From assembly GCA_963827685.1 (NCBI GenBank), contig CAWHBU010000002.1, positions 512,001-576,000 of the forward strand: a stretch of DNA of 64,000 nucleotides. The letters are read 5' to 3'. Under the pieces are notes generated by a model. The model did not search any database, had not been told where the DNA came from, and saw only the letters and a list, made by a program, of their open reading frames with translations. The DNA is from an uncultured delta proteobacterium. Lineage in GTDB: Bacteria > Desulfobacterota > BSN033 > UBA1163. Shown in pieces: positions 63,086-64,000 of this stretch. The stretch's first letter is position 1. Every line of letters starts with the position of its first letter. Both the position numbers and the translations under genes were made by a program.

Positions 63086-63105
63086 CCTGCCTGCCGGCAG
63101 GCAGG
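63086..63105. mobile_element. Perfect 20-bp palindrome CCTGCCTGCCGGCAGGCAGG inside a GTAG...CTAC REP-like element
   Basis: Context gtagcg...gcaata|insert|aatgccgacgctac. Confidence 0.7.
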
Positions 63106-63190
63106 AATGCCGACGCTACGAGGAAAAAGAATAACTCCATACCCAATCATTACCCATAACTGATGGATTACATGGAGAATGTCTTTCTCA

Positions 63191-63244
63191 TTGACAAACC
63201 CTATACTTATGGTTATGTTTAATCAGGACTTTTTTAGTCCGATT
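63191..63244 (+). promoter_or_regulatory. Promoter TTGACA-N17-TATGTT and imperfect palindrome aatcaggacttttttagtccgatt (candidate Rrf2 operator)
   Basis: Immediately upstream of the Rrf2 start codon. Confidence 0.55.
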
Positions 63245-63245
63245 T

Positions 63246-63677
63246 ATGCAAATTACGAGAAGCGAAGAATACGGATTAAGGGGGTTGGTTTTCTTAGCTA
63301 AGCAACCCCCGGAAAAGGTGACCTTAGTCAGTGAGGTTTCAAGGGGGCAAAATATCCCTGAGGCCTTCTTAGCAAAGATCTTTCAGCGTCTTTCCAAGGC
63401 AGGAGTACTGCGGTCTGTTCGTGGAGCAAAGGGCGGGTTTAAACTTAAAAAACCTGCTCACCAGATTACCATGAGAGAGATCATGGAAGCCCTGGAGGGT
63501 CCGATTGCATTGAACCGTTGTCTCCTCAGAAAGGGGGAGTGTGAAGTAGAGAAGATTTGTCCGCTCCATCCGGTTTGGGAAGAGGTACAGCAGCGGTTTT
63601 TGGAGGTATTGGATAGTACAACCATGGAGGATTTGGCGAATCGGATGACTCACAATGAGAAAAAATGGAGGAGGTGA
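63246..63677 (+). CDS. Rrf2/IscR-family regulator
   Basis: RGAKGGF, ALEG, C-x6-C-x5-C. Confidence 0.93.
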   Translation: MQITRSEEYGLRGLVFLAKQPPEKVTLVSEVSRGQNIPEAFLAKIFQRLSKAGVLRSVRGAKGGFKLKKPAHQITMREIMEALEGPIALNRCLLRKGECEVEKICPLHPVWEEVQQRFLEVLDSTTMEDLANRMTHNEKKWRR

Positions 63678-63684
63678 AAACGGA

Positions 63685-63903
63685 ATGAGAGAGAATGTAG
63701 AACAAGCATTACAGAAGATTCGGCCCGCCCTTCAAGCCGATGGAGGGGATATTGAATTGATCGATGTCGTAGATGGAGTGGTCAAGGTCAGATTGACCGG
63801 CGCTTGCGGTGGCTGCCCAATGTCGCAGATGACTTTAAAGATGGGGGTGGAGAAAGTCCTGAAACAACAAGTTCCAGAGGTAAAAAGCGTGGAGACCGTT
63901 TAA
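63685..63903 (+). CDS. NifU/NfuA C-terminal Fe-S carrier
   Basis: IRPALQADGGD...GACGGCP. Confidence 0.94.
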   Translation: MRENVEQALQKIRPALQADGGDIELIDVVDGVVKVRLTGACGGCPMSQMTLKMGVEKVLKQQVPEVKSVETV

Positions 63904-63911
63904 GCACGATC

Positions 63912-63943
63912 AAGGGAAGTCCCCCCCATGGCGGACTTCCCTT
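63912..63943 (+). terminator. Hairpin after the nifU-like gene
   Basis: aagggaagtcc / ggacttccctt; no strong U-tract. Confidence 0.45.
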
Positions 63944-64000
63944 AGGGAAATTTAAATGGGATCAGTTCAACTTTCTTCGCCCGCGATTGCCGTTTTAGAG

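Overview
A 64 kb bacterial chromosomal segment. Gene content and style suggest an anaerobic Desulfobacterota/deltaproteobacterium-like genome (inference). In order: (1) a Wsp/ACF-like chemosensory operon with a 1416-aa dCache-PAS4-GAF-PAS chemoreceptor. (2) A sigma-54-controlled organic-acid uptake/CoA-activation cluster with two Liv-type ABC transporters, plus a readable -24/-12 promoter and three activator boxes. (3) An accessory zone (28-39 kb) with bacterial Clp1, AbfD, orphan genes and a relic integron: an intI C-terminal stub, Pc, attI-like site and three attC-bounded cassettes. (4) A housekeeping block (eno, dnaB, rplI, rpsR, rpsF, yajC, tgt, queA, purM, coaD, rsmD, mtnP, rlmN, ndk, frameshifted trxB, Rrf2, NifU-like). 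The most informative element is an IS110-family (IS1111-type) insertion sequence at 54833-56258. Its REP target, AG core, circle-junction promoter and both guide loops of the bridge/seek RNA can be read directly from the sequence. Intergenic DNA carries many nested non-autonomous elements, including 14-40 bp CCTGC...GCAGG micro-palindromes that sit inside other repeats. All calls are by-eye motif recognition; no searches were run.
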